Of a stretch of DNA of 35,695 nt, positions 9,841 to 22,101 are shown one piece after another (the stretch's first letter is position 1; each line of letters opens with the position of its first letter). A model generated the notes under the pieces. It was not told the origin of the DNA. It worked only from the letters and a program-made list of their open reading frames with translations, and searched no databases. The DNA is from Octopus bimaculoides (taxonomy: Eukaryota), in contig NC_068987.1 in NCBI RefSeq assembly GCF_001194135.2, positions 36,697,678 to 36,733,372 of the forward strand, written 5' to 3'. Made by a program: the position numbers and the translations under genes.

Positions 9841-11155
9841 CTGAAAATAAAAGAAAACAGAAAATGAAATAATTTGGATTCATTGAAGAAGCAAAAATTA
9901 TCTAAGTTTAACATCAAACTTTAAAAAAAGTTTGTCGATTCAAGTATTACGCTTATCAGGATTTTCAAATTTCAATTACCACGATTGTTCATGAGATACA
10001 GTGATATCTATAACATCAGATATTTTTAAAGTTCTAATTCTTTAAAATGTGTAGAGCTTTTGTAGATATAATCTAGTGTTTACAGAAATAATAGATAAAG
10101 AAGTAAGAACTTATATTCTAAAAGAGAAACTATGATATACAAATGCATATGGAAGTGAAGCTCAGTGCAGGAGACTTCATGAATTTTGTAAATGAATGAG
10201 GATTTTTTTTTATTATTAGTTAGTATTGTCCTATTTAAAAACACCACTATAGGAATATAGATCAGAAGATTAGGGTTACTATTACATCGTTTGGGTTTAG
10301 ATATATTATATAAAAACAGCCTATTTACTCTACATGATGGCGGGGCAACGCTCTTCCACTAATCAACGCTCTTAATACTTCCATTCTCCTACCTCACTGC
10401 AAACAGATAAATAAGATACTTACAACTAAATGCTGGAGACCACAAAATGCTGGAGTCACTAAAACAACAGACTTATGCAACAGACAATTTAAAGTAAACC
10501 CATTAATAAAGGACACTTTCTACCAGATGAATTTTCTTATTACATGCAAAGTAAACATGAAGTTCGTGGTATGTGACACAACCGCAACTCAACAATATAC
10601 TATCCAAACAGCAATGAAGATTTCTCTTATGCCTATAACACAAATATTCATTTACTTTTTATCTTACAGTTGTGACTTGACAGAAACAATACACATTGCT
10701 AAATACTCCACAGTTTAATATTTTTCCCTAAATCTTGTGTAAAAGAATCAAACTGTTATGGCCTTTGTCTTTCACCTTTTCAAATTCGATAAAACAAAGC
10801 ATTAACATACAACCACATATAAACTGTCCTATAATTAATTTTTAATTACGAACGTAATTTACAAGTGATTTGCCGAAAGTATGATGAGTGACAGAAATTA
10901 TCAATAGGTGAAATATAATTATCACAACCAAGTTGCCTACAAATTGAATTTGATTTTCACCGATTATTTTATTACAACTTGAATGATATGTTCCAACATT
11001 AATTAGCACACCTAAAGGGTTAAACAGACTTAACATTTTACTTCATTCAAATATAAAAATAATTTTAAAACAAAATTAATTTGATTTTGTAGTGGTAATG
11101 AAATATTGTTTAATCAAACATATTAGGTGCATCGCTTTTGTTCATAGCATACACA

Positions 11156-11480
11156 AGGCGCAGACATAGCTGTTTGATTAAGAAGCTACCTTTACATCCA
11201 CGTAGATTCGGATTCAATCCCACTATGCGACACCTCGGGAAACTGGCTTTCACTATAGTGCTGGGTCTACCAATGCTTTGTTAGTGAATGTGATAGTCGT
11301 AAATTGCATGGAAGCTTGTAATGTGTGTGTGTATGTGTGTGCGTGTGTGTGTGTGCGTGCGCCTGTGCGTATGTGTTTTTTTGTCCTCTTCCTCCACAAC
11401 CGCTTGACACTTGCTGCTGGTTTCCTTATATTCGTGTAATTTGGAATAGAGTCCAATAGAATTAGTACTAAACTTTAAAA
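11156..11480 (+). mobile_element. Older, diverged tRNA-derived SINE related to the 11488 family
   Basis: aggcgcagacatagctgtttgattaagaagct...ggattcaatcccactatgcgacacctcggga...acaaccgcttgaca is collinear with the adjacent younger copy. Confidence 0.7.
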
Positions 11481-11487
11481 AATAAAT

Positions 11488-11868
11488 AGGCGTAGGAGCG
11501 GCTGTGTGGTAAGTAGCATGCTTACGATCCGCATGGTTCCGGGTTCAGTCCCACTGCGTGGCACCTTGGGCAAGTGTCTTCTACTATAGCCTCGGGCCGA
11601 CCAAAGCCTTGTGAGTGGATTTGGTAGACGGAAACTGAAAGAAGCTCGTCGTATATATGTATGTGTGTGTATGTGTCTGTGTTTATCCCCCCAACATCGC
11701 TTGACAACCGATGGTGGTGTGTTTACGTCCCCGTAACTTAGTGGTTCGACAAAAGAGACCGATAGAATAAATACTAGGCTTACGAAGAATAAATCCTGGG
11801 TTTGATTAGCTCGACTAAAAAGGCGGTGCTCCAGCATGGCCACAATCAAATGACTGAAACAAGTAAAA
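11488..11868 (+). mobile_element. tRNA-derived SINE, full length and young
   Basis: A-box-like GGCTGTGTGGTAAG, B-box-like GGGTTCAGTCCC, an internal (TA/TG) tract and an A-rich tail. Several copies occur in this window. Confidence 0.9.
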
Positions 11869-11964
11869 AAAAAAGTGTGGAGTCGATTTGTTCGACTAAA
11901 CTTTTCAAGGAGGTGTCCCAGCTAGTTTCCAGTCCATTGATACATCCATATGTATAAGGGATAA

Positions 11965-12203
11965 ACTACTTTTGCGAGCCATAGGTTCATTAGGCCAGTT
12001 TCCTGCATTTTCTGGCAAGTATATTGCTCCCGCCCCGGAGAGGACACCAGTGCGTCACAGTATTACTCATCTTTGGCAGCTAAGCGGACTGGAGCATCGT
12101 AAAATGTGGTGTTTAACACAAGAACACAAGCCATCGCCTGGTCCAGGTATTGAAACCAGTCTTGCGATCATGAGTGCAACACCCTAACCCCTCAGCGAAT
12201 CGG
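11965..12203 (-). mobile_element. tRNA-derived SINE (third family) fragment
   Basis: The minus strand reads ...ggggttagggtgttgcactcatgatcgcaagactggtttcaatacctgg (tRNA-like head), then gctccagtccgcttagctgccaaagatgagt. Confidence 0.65.
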
Positions 12204-12620
12204 GTATGTATGTATGTATATATATATATGTATATATATATANNNNNNNNNNNNNNNNNNNNNNNNNNNNNNNNNNNNNNNNNNNNNNNNNNNNNNNNNN
12301 NNNNNNNNNNNNNNNNNNNNNNNNNNNNNNNNNNNNNNNNNNNNNNNNNNNNNNNNNNNNNNNNNNNNNNNNNNNNNNNNNNNNNNNNNNNNNNNNNNNN
12401 NNNNNNNNNNNNNNNNNNNNNNNNNNNNNNNNNNNNNNNNNNNNNNNNNNNNNNNNNNNNNNNNNNNNNNNNNNNNNNNNNNNNNNNNNNNNNNNNNNNN
12501 NNNNNNNNNNNNNNNNATATTGATAGGAAGGACAACAAAAGAAAGAAAGAGACCTCGATATTATGGAAATAGAGGAATTTATCTGTAAATAATATGTGAC
12601 ACGAATAATATATATATATA

Positions 12621-13408
12621 TAGGGTGTCGTCTAAACCACGCAAAAATGAAGGTAACACTCATATTTCATTTTAACAGATATATCTATCAAAATTACATA
12701 AAAGAATCTTGAATTACTAAAGAGTAAGTTTATTCAATAAAATTGCCATTGGCTTCAACCACGGCCTCCAGACGACTTCGGAATCTCCTGCAACTCTTCT
12801 TGACGGTCTCCTTGTTTAAGTTGGTGAATGCTGCCATAATCTTCTGCCTTCAGTTCATCAGTTACAAGGAGTTTTGTGGGTCTCTTGCTCAACTGCACTC
12901 CACACATAATAATCAAGGGGGTTGCAGGCTGGGGAGTAAGGTGGCCAGATGTTAGGGGTGATGTAGTTGCAGAAATTGTCTCACAGCCATGACTGGGTTC
13001 TCTTTCAGGCATTTAATGTAGGCTTCCATCTTGAGTCTGAGGTCGTGTGGGAAGATGCATGTAGGCATAACGTCGCCATCACTAGTGATCACTCCAAACA
13101 CCATGATATTGATTGGATGTTGTATTTTTATCACTCTCGGTATATGTTTTGGGGACACGGCAAGCCAATAGTTATTCTGTGTGATTACCATCTGTTCGTA
13201 CTGGAGCTTCCGGTGGGAATACCAAGCAGTACAGCATGCCATTTCCAAATTTCTAGCAGAATGAACTGCGTAATGGTGGTGTTTTTTTTTTTCACAGACG
13301 GTACCCAACTGACCCTACTATATTGTGTAGTCGACAAAATCAAAAACAAACAACGCGCATGCGCGAAATAAAAAATATAAAATGGCGACAATTTACCCAT
13401 GGCAGCTG
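12621..13408 (-). mobile_element. Internally deleted Tc1/mariner (maT/DD37D-like) DNA transposon
   Basis: Minus-strand translation gives TQNNYWLAVSPKHIPRVIKIQHPINIMVFGVITSDGDVMP...LRLKMEAYIKCL, then ITPNIWPPYSPACNPL and IMAAFTNLNKETVKKSCRRFRSRLEAVVEANGNFIE. The segment carrying the second catalytic Asp is deleted. Ends TA-TAGGGTG and CAGCTG-TA resemble decayed CAGGGTG TIRs with a TA target site. Confidence 0.85.
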
Positions 13409-13480
13409 TATGTACGTATATATATACACATGCGTACATACACACATACATATATGTGTGTGTGTGTATCTTATCTCTTA

Positions 13481-13700
13481 ATATTGGTTTCAAATTTTGG
13501 CACAAGGCCAGCAGTTTCGAGGGAGCGGGTGGAAATCGATTACATCAACTCCAATCCTCAATTGATACGTATTTTACCGACCCCGAAAGGATGGAAGGCA
13601 AGGTCGACTCCGGCGGAATATTTGAATTCAGAGTGTAAAGACGGATTTAATGCTGCTAAACATTTTACCCGGCGTGCTAACGATTCTGCCAGCTCACCGC
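13481..13700 (-). mobile_element. tRNA-derived SINE (fourth family)
   Basis: The minus strand begins gcggtgagctggcagaatcgttagcacgccggg...tgaattcaaatattccgccggagtcgaccttgccttccatcctttcggggtcgg, with A/B-box-like segments. Confidence 0.85.
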
Positions 13701-14402
13701 TCTCCTAATATTAAATGACCATAGTCCATGAGAAAATCTAATTTACTAATTTATATTCCAATAGTAACTTTACTAAATCGTTCTATTAATTTGATGTCCA
13801 TTTAATTTCAACGGTATTTATTATCTTATAGTGGTTTCCTCCGTAGAAAACAGCAATATCCATGTCCTCCTTTAAGGTGTTTTATCGATCAATTTGATCC
13901 CAGTATTTTGTCTGGGATGCATCTTTCGATCCCGGAATAAAAGATAGGATGTCTGAGTGAAGGAGATGACAAGAGGATCAAAATGCCACGACGTAATTTC
14001 GCTCAATGTACCAATTTTCTTTTCTTTCACGTTGATACATGCAAAAATATGTGTATCAATGATCGATTCGTTTTTAAAATTTCTGTATCTCACTACACGG
14101 CGCTTTGAGTGTGTACGATCTCCGTATATTGAGTATAACTGTAATAGTAAGTTACAACATTGACAAGAATTCTGTTATGCTGATTCGGCATAAGAATTAA
14201 GTAAACCGTATAAGTCACGGGGAATTATGCAGCTACTGACACATCGATTTAACTATTAAGCAGTTCAAATTGTCGAAGACTCATCATGAAATCCGACAGA
14301 GGATCTATCACCCCCTTGTATATACACATACACACATTTGGTCAGCTCTAGCACCGTTTTTGTTTCCCTAATTTCAATCACAGTCTTATATTTTTATTCC
14401 AG

Positions 14403-14550
14403 CAGAGAATACAATAGAAGAAACAATTCCTCCTCGTATTACAGAGTGGAATCGAATCCGAGATCATGTTGTTATGAAGCGAATCAAAAGGAAACTAAAT
14501 ACAGAGCCATGCATGTACAGTGTATTATACAAGTATATACATGCAAAATG
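14403..14550 (+). CDS. Candidate internal exon of an unidentified plus-strand gene
   Basis: tatttttattccAG acceptor and AATG|GTGAGA donor. Purine-rich against very AT-rich flanks, with an open frame ENTIEETIPPRITEWNRIRDHVVMKRIKRKLNTEPCMYSVLYKYIHAK(W). Phase 1 to phase 2. Confidence 0.4.
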
Positions 14551-15310
14551 GTGAGATCAAATGTATCTATTGTACATGTTATGTTTGAATTATTTAAATG
14601 ATGTAAAATTTCTTTACAATATTCATGTTATTAATTTTGTAATGAATATGAAAACAAGAAAAATATTTGCATTTATTGTTGTCGTCTTCTATAATTTTAG
14701 TAAAAATTCTAATAAATATATATTTGCCAAAGGTTTTACGGGTTTTTCATTGTAAAAATTATAATACTCTCTTTTATTGGACCTCTTATACATTGAAGTA
14801 ATCCAGTGTATATAAAGCGTTTCTTTATAACGTCGAAGTTATTAATATTAAATTTGTATTTTATTGTGGCTATTTCGTATTTTATTGCATATTTTTTTTA
14901 ATATTTACTTATGAATATATCTCATTTATATACAAGCATCTATCGTTTGTTTTTTTTTTTACTTTTAGTTTCAAACGTACATTATTATATATATTCAAAC
15001 ACTATATTCTTGTTTTCTGTGTCTTTTGTCTATGTTGTAAGAACCCTTTTTAATATTTAATAATATTTTAATATTTGATATTTCAAAACATGTAATAAAT
15101 ATTTTCTATTTTGTTTTATATATTAGAGTTTCTATATAATATATTGCAGTAATATTTTAATATACGAGGAGAATATTTCTAATATTCTGTTAATGTTTGT
15201 AATTTAGTTTTCTGATCCATTTTGAAATTTATATAAGCGATCATCAATTGAATGTTTTCCCTCTTCACATAATTTGAAACATTAATTAGAGTATTTTAAA
15301 CCTGCATTTC

Positions 15311-15315
<5 letters not shown>

Positions 15316-15349
<34 letters not shown>
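15316..15349. repeat. (TA)n microsatellite
   Basis: Directly visible. Confidence 0.95.
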
Positions 15350-15353
<4 letters not shown>

Positions 15354-16413
15354 CTTTCAATTATATGCTTATGGTCAGTTTTTATTTAGATATAAAGTAA
15401 TTATTTTACTTTTCTTTATAATACATTATATATAATTAGAACAACTTTTAAAGTGTTTGGCCAACTTGGAAACTTGAAATTATTTTCAATAAATGAGTTG
15501 TAATGTATTCTACTAAGATAAGTATCAAATTAAATTTCTTTGCTCTTCATATTATATGATATATAGCATTCCTTTTGATCGAGTTTTCTGTATTTTGTAT
15601 AGTTTATTTATTATGTCTGACGAACCTCATAGAATTATAAATAAAAATTGTTCTTAAGGAGAGCTACTACAACTATGAGCATTCAGCAAAAAGAAGCTTT
15701 TTTATCAGGAATTAAGTGACTTTTAAGTGGATTTTAGTGTGAGACACAGAAGGCAGCGGAGTGGCAAGATAAACAGAGTAGATTTTTTTGTTGTGTTAGA
15801 CATATCTTATTACATCAGGAAGTGAGAAGCCGTTGCTGTGTTGCTGGTGGATCAGAGAAAATTACCAGTTAACCTAAAGGATACTGGATGTATCATGTAG
15901 CTTTTTGAAGGTTTAATGAAATCGGTTAGATGATTTCGTTAAACACGATATTACGGGATTGTATGTGAATCAACAGTGCGCTCCCAGATCTTTAAAATCA
16001 GTCGAATTTCAGTTGTAACAGAACATTTTAGAGAAGAGGCGAATGTGTTTTTAGCAGGGAAGTGAAGTCTTATTTTGTGGATTATACTTTTGGCTAAGTA
16101 TGTAGTTATGATGATATTGATTAATTAGTTAAGTTTCCGTAGTCTATCGCCAAAGTGACAACTCCCATTTTCTCTCTCTTCTTCATTGTTATTCAAAGGA
16201 CAAACGCCTAACAAGTTAGATGCTTCACTCCTCACAATAATTTAATTTATTGAACTCATCTACAGATTCATTTATCATTTTTAAAAACTGGCGAGCTGTT
16301 TTATTACTTAATGTTGATACGGAGTTGTAACTTTATATGTGTATGCATCTTGGTGCCCATGAATCTCATTGATTGTCTACACCGGCTTTATGCTTTATTT
16401 TATCAACGAATAG

Positions 16414-16770
16414 TGCATGGTGATAAGAAGCTTGCTTCTCAACCACATAGTTCCGGGTTCATTCCCATTGCGTGGCACCTTGGTTAAGTGTCTTCTACTA
16501 TAGCTTCGAGACAACCAAAGCCTTACGGAAACTGAAAGAAGCTCATCGTGTGTGTGTGTGTGTGTGTCTTTGTGCTGTGTTTATCCCCCCACACTGCTTG
16601 ACAACCGGTGCTGGTGTGTTTACGTCCCCGTAACGTAATGATTCGGCAAAAAAGAACGTGAGAATAAGTACCAGGCTTTAAAAAAATTAATACTGGAGTC
16701 AATTCAATCGTCTAAAAATTCTTCACCGTCTCATCATGACCGTAACCTAATGATTGAAACAAATAAAAGA
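16414..16770 (+). mobile_element. tRNA-derived SINE (family of 11488), with internal deletion
   Basis: gttccgggttcattcccattgcgtggcaccttggttaagtgtcttctactatagc is collinear with the 11488 copy but lacks the gtgagtggatttggtag segment. Confidence 0.9.
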
Positions 16771-18684
16771 TAACCGATAAAGATATGTTTGAATGATACC
16801 TTAGTCGAAACGTTGAAGATTGGCTAAGTAGAAAGTGGTTAACTGCAAAACTGAGATGATCATTAGTTTATTAAGTAATGGGGGAGAATCGAACCTTTAT
16901 ATTTCTCACACTTTACACAATATAAATTGAAGTAAGTTCTTTGATAAACGTTCCAGTATTTCGAGCAAAGAAATAAGAAATAGCCGGAGAAGAGAAGTGC
17001 GTTACTTTCAAATTTCCTGTAGAAACATTTTCAAAAATGTAATTTGTGCTGCTTAAATTCTTTTTACTTCCAATCATTAAAGTGATTCTCATTTACACAG
17101 AAGTAGACCCACTTATCTTAAAAGCAAAACTGAGAAATATGTACAAAAGGTCAGTAAAAAACACTGAAACAAATAATTACCACTTCTCAGCGATACCAGA
17201 GAGCAAATAGACACATCTCACATTGAAGGGACGCTTACGTATCAATGGTCGCATAGCTAGCAGATGATACAGTTGTTGTTGTTGTTGTAGCTGTTGTTGT
17301 TTAACTGTATGTTAGACATGATTGTGCTAGTCAAAGATCGGAGGATGTTTCAACAGTAAGCATTCAGGATATTTTGAAATTTAAAGCAGTTATTTCTTTC
17401 CATTTTGAATAGTTCTGGATTCTTTAAGAAATTTTGGTCGTTACTTCTAGCAAGCACATCCCATATTCTCTGCATGTTGCAGTCAAAAGCTGTGGGGACC
17501 GTTGGAAGGTGTCGGAACATGTGTTGGAACTAGGACTGGAAATTCTAACCGGGAAATTGTGTTTTATTCGTTTGTAAAAAATAAAACGAGAGAGTAGTGT
17601 GTAAGATGGGAGAAGGTTGTGAAATAGATGAAACAGATGAAGGAGGTTTGTTAAACATTAAATACATGATGGTTTTGAAACATGAAACGTGATAGCAAAG
17701 GTTTGCGGAAGAGATGAAACAGATTAAGAGAGAGATTTGAGGAACAGATGAAACGAAGTTAAAGACTTGAAAGCTAGCCCATTAAAGCGAGTTAGTCCTC
17801 TTCAGCTTTGCACGCGCTTCAAGAATCAATTTACTTTTATATACTTTAGATAAACAATAGAATTTACTAGTTTTGTGTTTAGAACTTGTATGATAATGTG
17901 TGGATTAATCTATGTATTAACAAAATGTACACAGAGGTAAATTAGTTATTGAAGTATGAGAATATATATGGAGTAGTGACGCGAATATAACCACGTCAAA
18001 TTATCTAAATTTGAGGCCCATTGCAGGCCTGACATGTGAGATACAACACTTAAGTAATTTTCTAGACACTTCCTGAAACATGCACATCTTTCCTGAAACA
18101 TGCACATATTATTATGAGAGATGATCTTGATACACTGAAACATCTACGAAACACTGAGAACGAAAATACCTATATATAGTGTGTGATATTACCATACCTG
18201 TGATGATATATGTTAATATCACACACAATTACAAAATCCAAACAATGAAATGCTGATTAGATTCGTTTACTGATGAACTATGAACTAATAAACAGTGTTG
18301 GTGTGAAATTACTAGAGATATGCTTCAGTATCTTTATGATCAGTGAGATAGCTATCGACAAAAGTTAGTCACGACTATGAATAGCAAAGCCGCATCAACT
18401 TACACGAATTAGTTTTGGGATATCATAAATTAAGGATCCTCACAAACGTGGAAATAGTTTCAATAGTTATTTGAAAGGAAATTTACAATCTTCTTTACAT
18501 TGATATAGAAAACAAATGTCTAATAAGACTTGGTAACGGGTAACATGGTTTCACTTAATGCGTGTAAGATACCTATCTAGTCGCCAACAGAAATTCACAT
18601 CCTCTCAGCCCTTCAACCATTCTGTTATGGAAATATCAAAGATGTAACAATTAGATAGAGAGAAAGTTGCGGCAACATCTGGTT

Positions 18685-18826
18685 AGAACTCTTCTTTAGC
18701 TGAGGTGACTGAAGCAACTGGCAAAGAAGTGCCGCGCGTATGGCACATCTTTCTTCCCAGTTCAAGAATCAGACCCATTGGCATATGATCGTAAGACCAA
18801 CACCCTAACCACTGGGCCACTCCACT
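18685..18826 (-). mobile_element. SINE head fragment
   Basis: Minus strand gagtggcccagtggttagggtgttggtcttacgatc: A box TGGCCCAGTGG with a decayed B box. Confidence 0.55.
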
Positions 18827-19934
18827 CGAGATAAAAGGAAATAATAAATTAGAAATGTGTGTGAGTGTGTATGTGTGTGCGTGTGTGTGTATGAATATAA
18901 TCACAATAAAGATATTAACTCAAAACAATATATCCTTTTTACTTAGTCCACCCAAGCATTTTCGAGTCAACAGCTCATATAACTTAGCAAACCGAATTTG
19001 CACAATAGTCTCAAATCATTTAACGAGATTATAGATTAGAAATTACCCCTTGAATTTAATCAATATTGAGTTCGAAGTGTGAAACAAATATATACTCAGG
19101 AACTTCTTGAGGCAAAATAATGAATATGGAAAAGAAGTTATGCTGTCATCAAAACTTATGTTACTTTGGAGCCAATAGGTAAAAAAGTTAAAAGGAAACA
19201 TCCAACCATTAAGAGAAAGACACGAGTAAAATCTATGAAAATGATAAGCATGCATATGCAAGCTGTATACAAAATCTATTACTGTAAGACACAGTAAAAG
19301 CAGCCGACCGAATTGTGTATCATTTATTAAAACTTTCTCAATTCTACATATAAATAGATTCTCTTAACAAAATAAAGGGATAATTTTTCGAAAATTTAAT
19401 ATATATTTTAACATGCGAAGTTTAACTTGTCTGACATTCTATAGAAATATGAAATTAAGCTGCCAACAAATTAAACATTCTTACACGAGAAAATGCCCTG
19501 TAGATAATTGTGAGGAATCAGTATTGACGAAATTGACTATTTTCTTCCTATACTAATATGGAGATTCAACAAAAGAACAATAACGATGAAACATGAAAAA
19601 TGCAATTTATTAATAAATATCGGGCGAAATTAAATGCATTTTTAATTACCCAGCATTTCAATACTCTCGATATAATTGGTATTCCGTAGTAATGGAAACA
19701 TCACTTAGAAGTGTCTATGAGAAAAATCTGTGAGTGAATTTTTTTATATCTATATATTGTGAAATATATAAATGCCATTTTACTTTGAAATTAGGTAAAA
19801 TATTTAGTGACACTGGAGATATCAATTCAAGGTGAAACTGGAAATAAGAAATCTATGACTATATTTATTATGCATTGTATTTCGAAATTATTCAGAAACA
19901 TTTCATGCTACTACATTTTGTAATTAGTTAAAAT

Positions 19935-19962
19935 TTTTGGTGTATGTGTGTGTGTGTGTGTA

Positions 19963-20014
<52 letters not shown>

Positions 20015-20030
20015 TGTGTGTGGGGGGGGT
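19935..20030. repeat. Compound (TG)n/(GA)n microsatellite
   Basis: Directly visible. Confidence 0.95.
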
Positions 20031-20952
20031 GTAGACATATAAAGTAAGTGCCCATCAATGTGTATCAAATGATAGCAATAGAAATGTTTAAAAACTTTTA
20101 ATGGAAGGTATCTTACATGAGAACAACATAAGCTGAAGCAAATTATGCTCAACAGGAACCACCTAAATATAGTAATATAATACAGCAACAAGAGAAATAC
20201 CCTGAGGAAACAACTGAATTTATAATAAAAACTACTTAACAGATATTTTCCATTTCTATTTTCAGAATCATTGTTAACTGTAAAAGCTATCAAAGGAAGA
20301 ATTCCTTGAAGAAATTAGTTTCGACGCGAAGCCAACTCCAAACTGTTGTAATGTCTATAGGTGTGTGAGTAAATATTTTGTATCGGGGAATGGTTTGTAT
20401 AGACCAAATTAAGCCGACCTCTTAAAAACGGTGTTGAAAATTCGTGATGCTGATGTAAATATTGATAGTATCAAGTATGCAGAGTGCATACGTTGCCACT
20501 GATGTTGTGTTGTGCACTTGGAAAGATACTGTTTTAAATAATCTGAAAATTGACCTGAATGCTAAGGATTTCAACTCTTTAATTGATCTTAAGTAAAAAG
20601 AAAGCGAAAATCTGGTACTTTAGATGTGAGACACATTAATCTATATCATATATATGTGTGTGTGTNNNNNNNNNNNNNNNNNNNNNNNNNNNNNNNNNNN
20701 NNNNNNNNNNNNNNNNNNNNNNNNNNNNNNNNNNNNNNNNNNNNNNNNNNNNNNNNNNNNNNNNNNNNNNNNNNNNNNNNNNNNNNNNNNNNNNNNNNNN
20801 NNNNNNNNNNNNNNNNNNNNNNNNNNNNNNNNNNNNNNNNNNNNNNNNNNNNNNNNNNNNNNNNNNNNNNNNNNNNNNNNNNNNNNNNNNNNNNNNNNNN
20901 NNNNNNNNNNNNNNNNNNNNNNNNNNNNNNNNNNNNNNNNNNNNNNNNNNNN

Positions 20953-22067
20953 CTCACCTACCACCCCTCCACCCTGCCCCAGCAATGCATCATTTCCCGA
21001 GCCTTCCAGCAACTCCAGTACCACCCCTCCATCTCGAAATCTTCTCTAAACTACCCATTCCCTCTTTCAGACGAGCCCATATCCAGCGTCACCTCCTGCT
21101 CTACAGTTTCATCCGTAACCACCATCTTTCAATCTGGCTCATTTGCTTGTTCCCGCCCACGCTGCCGCACTTGTCCCTACCTCTCCAGCACCACCATCCT
21201 GACGGGCGCCCATCATCGTCCCTATCATATCACCGACTCCTTTACCTGCACTTCTAGTAACGTCATTTACTGCATCTCCTGCTCTTTCTGCCCTTCTCTG
21301 TACATTGGTCAAACGGGATGCCGATTGGCTGACCGGTTCGCGGAGCAACTCCAAGACGTCAACCTCGACAATGACACCTCGGTCTCGCGCCATCTCCGCA
21401 CTACCGGTCATTCATTACAACACTTGTCTGTGTTCGGATTGTCCTTGCATCTGGACTCCCACCTCACGTGAGCAGGAATTAGTCTTCTCTCGTCGCTCTT
21501 TTGCGCCACATAGGTTCAACTCCCCCCTTCTCTTCATCTGACACCTACTTCCTCTCTTCTCTCCTACCCATCTCTCCTCTCCTCTCTTCCTCCAACACCT
21601 ACTTCCTATCCTCACTCCTACTCACCTTCTTTCATGCTTGATACCCCCTCCACCCACAACCATATACCCCACACACCAACCCCACACCACTCAACACACA
21701 CTACCACTGACCACTCCCAACATCTACACCATACACCATCATCTCCATACCCACATATTACAGACGCATACACTTACACACGCATACATCCACACGTCAG
21801 AGTCACTAGTCCCTATCCACACAGACACACATTCTCACATACACACGGACGCACGCGTACCTTACTTTTGGGATCACCAATACTTTTTTATATCCCCTTC
21901 TTCCTACCTCTCCTATCAAGCCTATTTTTTCCCAACCAGTCACAATTCTTGATCGCTAAATCTGTTTATTTTCCTTATTCCTTTCTATTGAAGAGCGTAG
22001 GCTCGAAACGTAAAAGATTTTCTCACTTTCCCGAGCGTCAAACTTGTTTTCATACACTTGTCTTCAG

Positions 22068-22068
<1 letters not shown>
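20953..22068 (+). mobile_element. 3' part of a Penelope-like element (Neptune-like): Cys knuckle, GIY-YIG endonuclease and pyrimidine-rich UTR/pLTR
   Basis: ORF to 21471 reads CSRPRCRTC...FTCTSSNVIYCISCSFCPSLYIGQTGCRLADRFAEQ...VSRHL...GHSLQHLSVFGL, a typical PLE GIY-YIG. The 5' part is hidden in the N-gap. The clade name is an inference. Confidence 0.9.
21981..22016 (+). ncRNA. Minimal type I hammerhead ribozyme relic in the PLE tail
   Basis: CTTT-CTATTGA-A-GAGC(GTAG)GCTC-GAAA-CG-TA-AAAG: stems I and II are perfect, stem III is the palindromic ACGT, triplet GUA. The core CUAUUGA has two changes from CUGANGA. Confidence 0.65.

Positions 22069-22101
<33 letters not shown>

Noticed and set aside
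10118-10180. ATG-initiated MKSPALSFTSICI as the first exon of the CBM14 gene
   Set aside because: The donor would be the weak GTATAT, and the peptide is a poor signal sequence.
10424-10458. Minus-strand segment before a strong GTAAGTAT donor, 580 nt upstream of the CBM14 exon
   Set aside because: The frame that is phase-compatible with 9840 does not give a convincing open exon.
15600-16100. Possible very old PLE/LINE coding relic on the minus strand
   Set aside because: No diagnostic motif could be read with confidence.
18179-18226. 13-bp inverted repeat gtgtgtgatatta/taatatcacacac (miRNA-like hairpin)
   Set aside because: Low-complexity arms in microsatellite-rich DNA; no other support.
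19928-20293. 121-aa hydrophobic minus-strand ORF
   Set aside because: Hydrophobicity follows from T-rich composition, the C-terminus is microsatellite, and the GTAAGA donor is phase 0 and incompatible with 9840.
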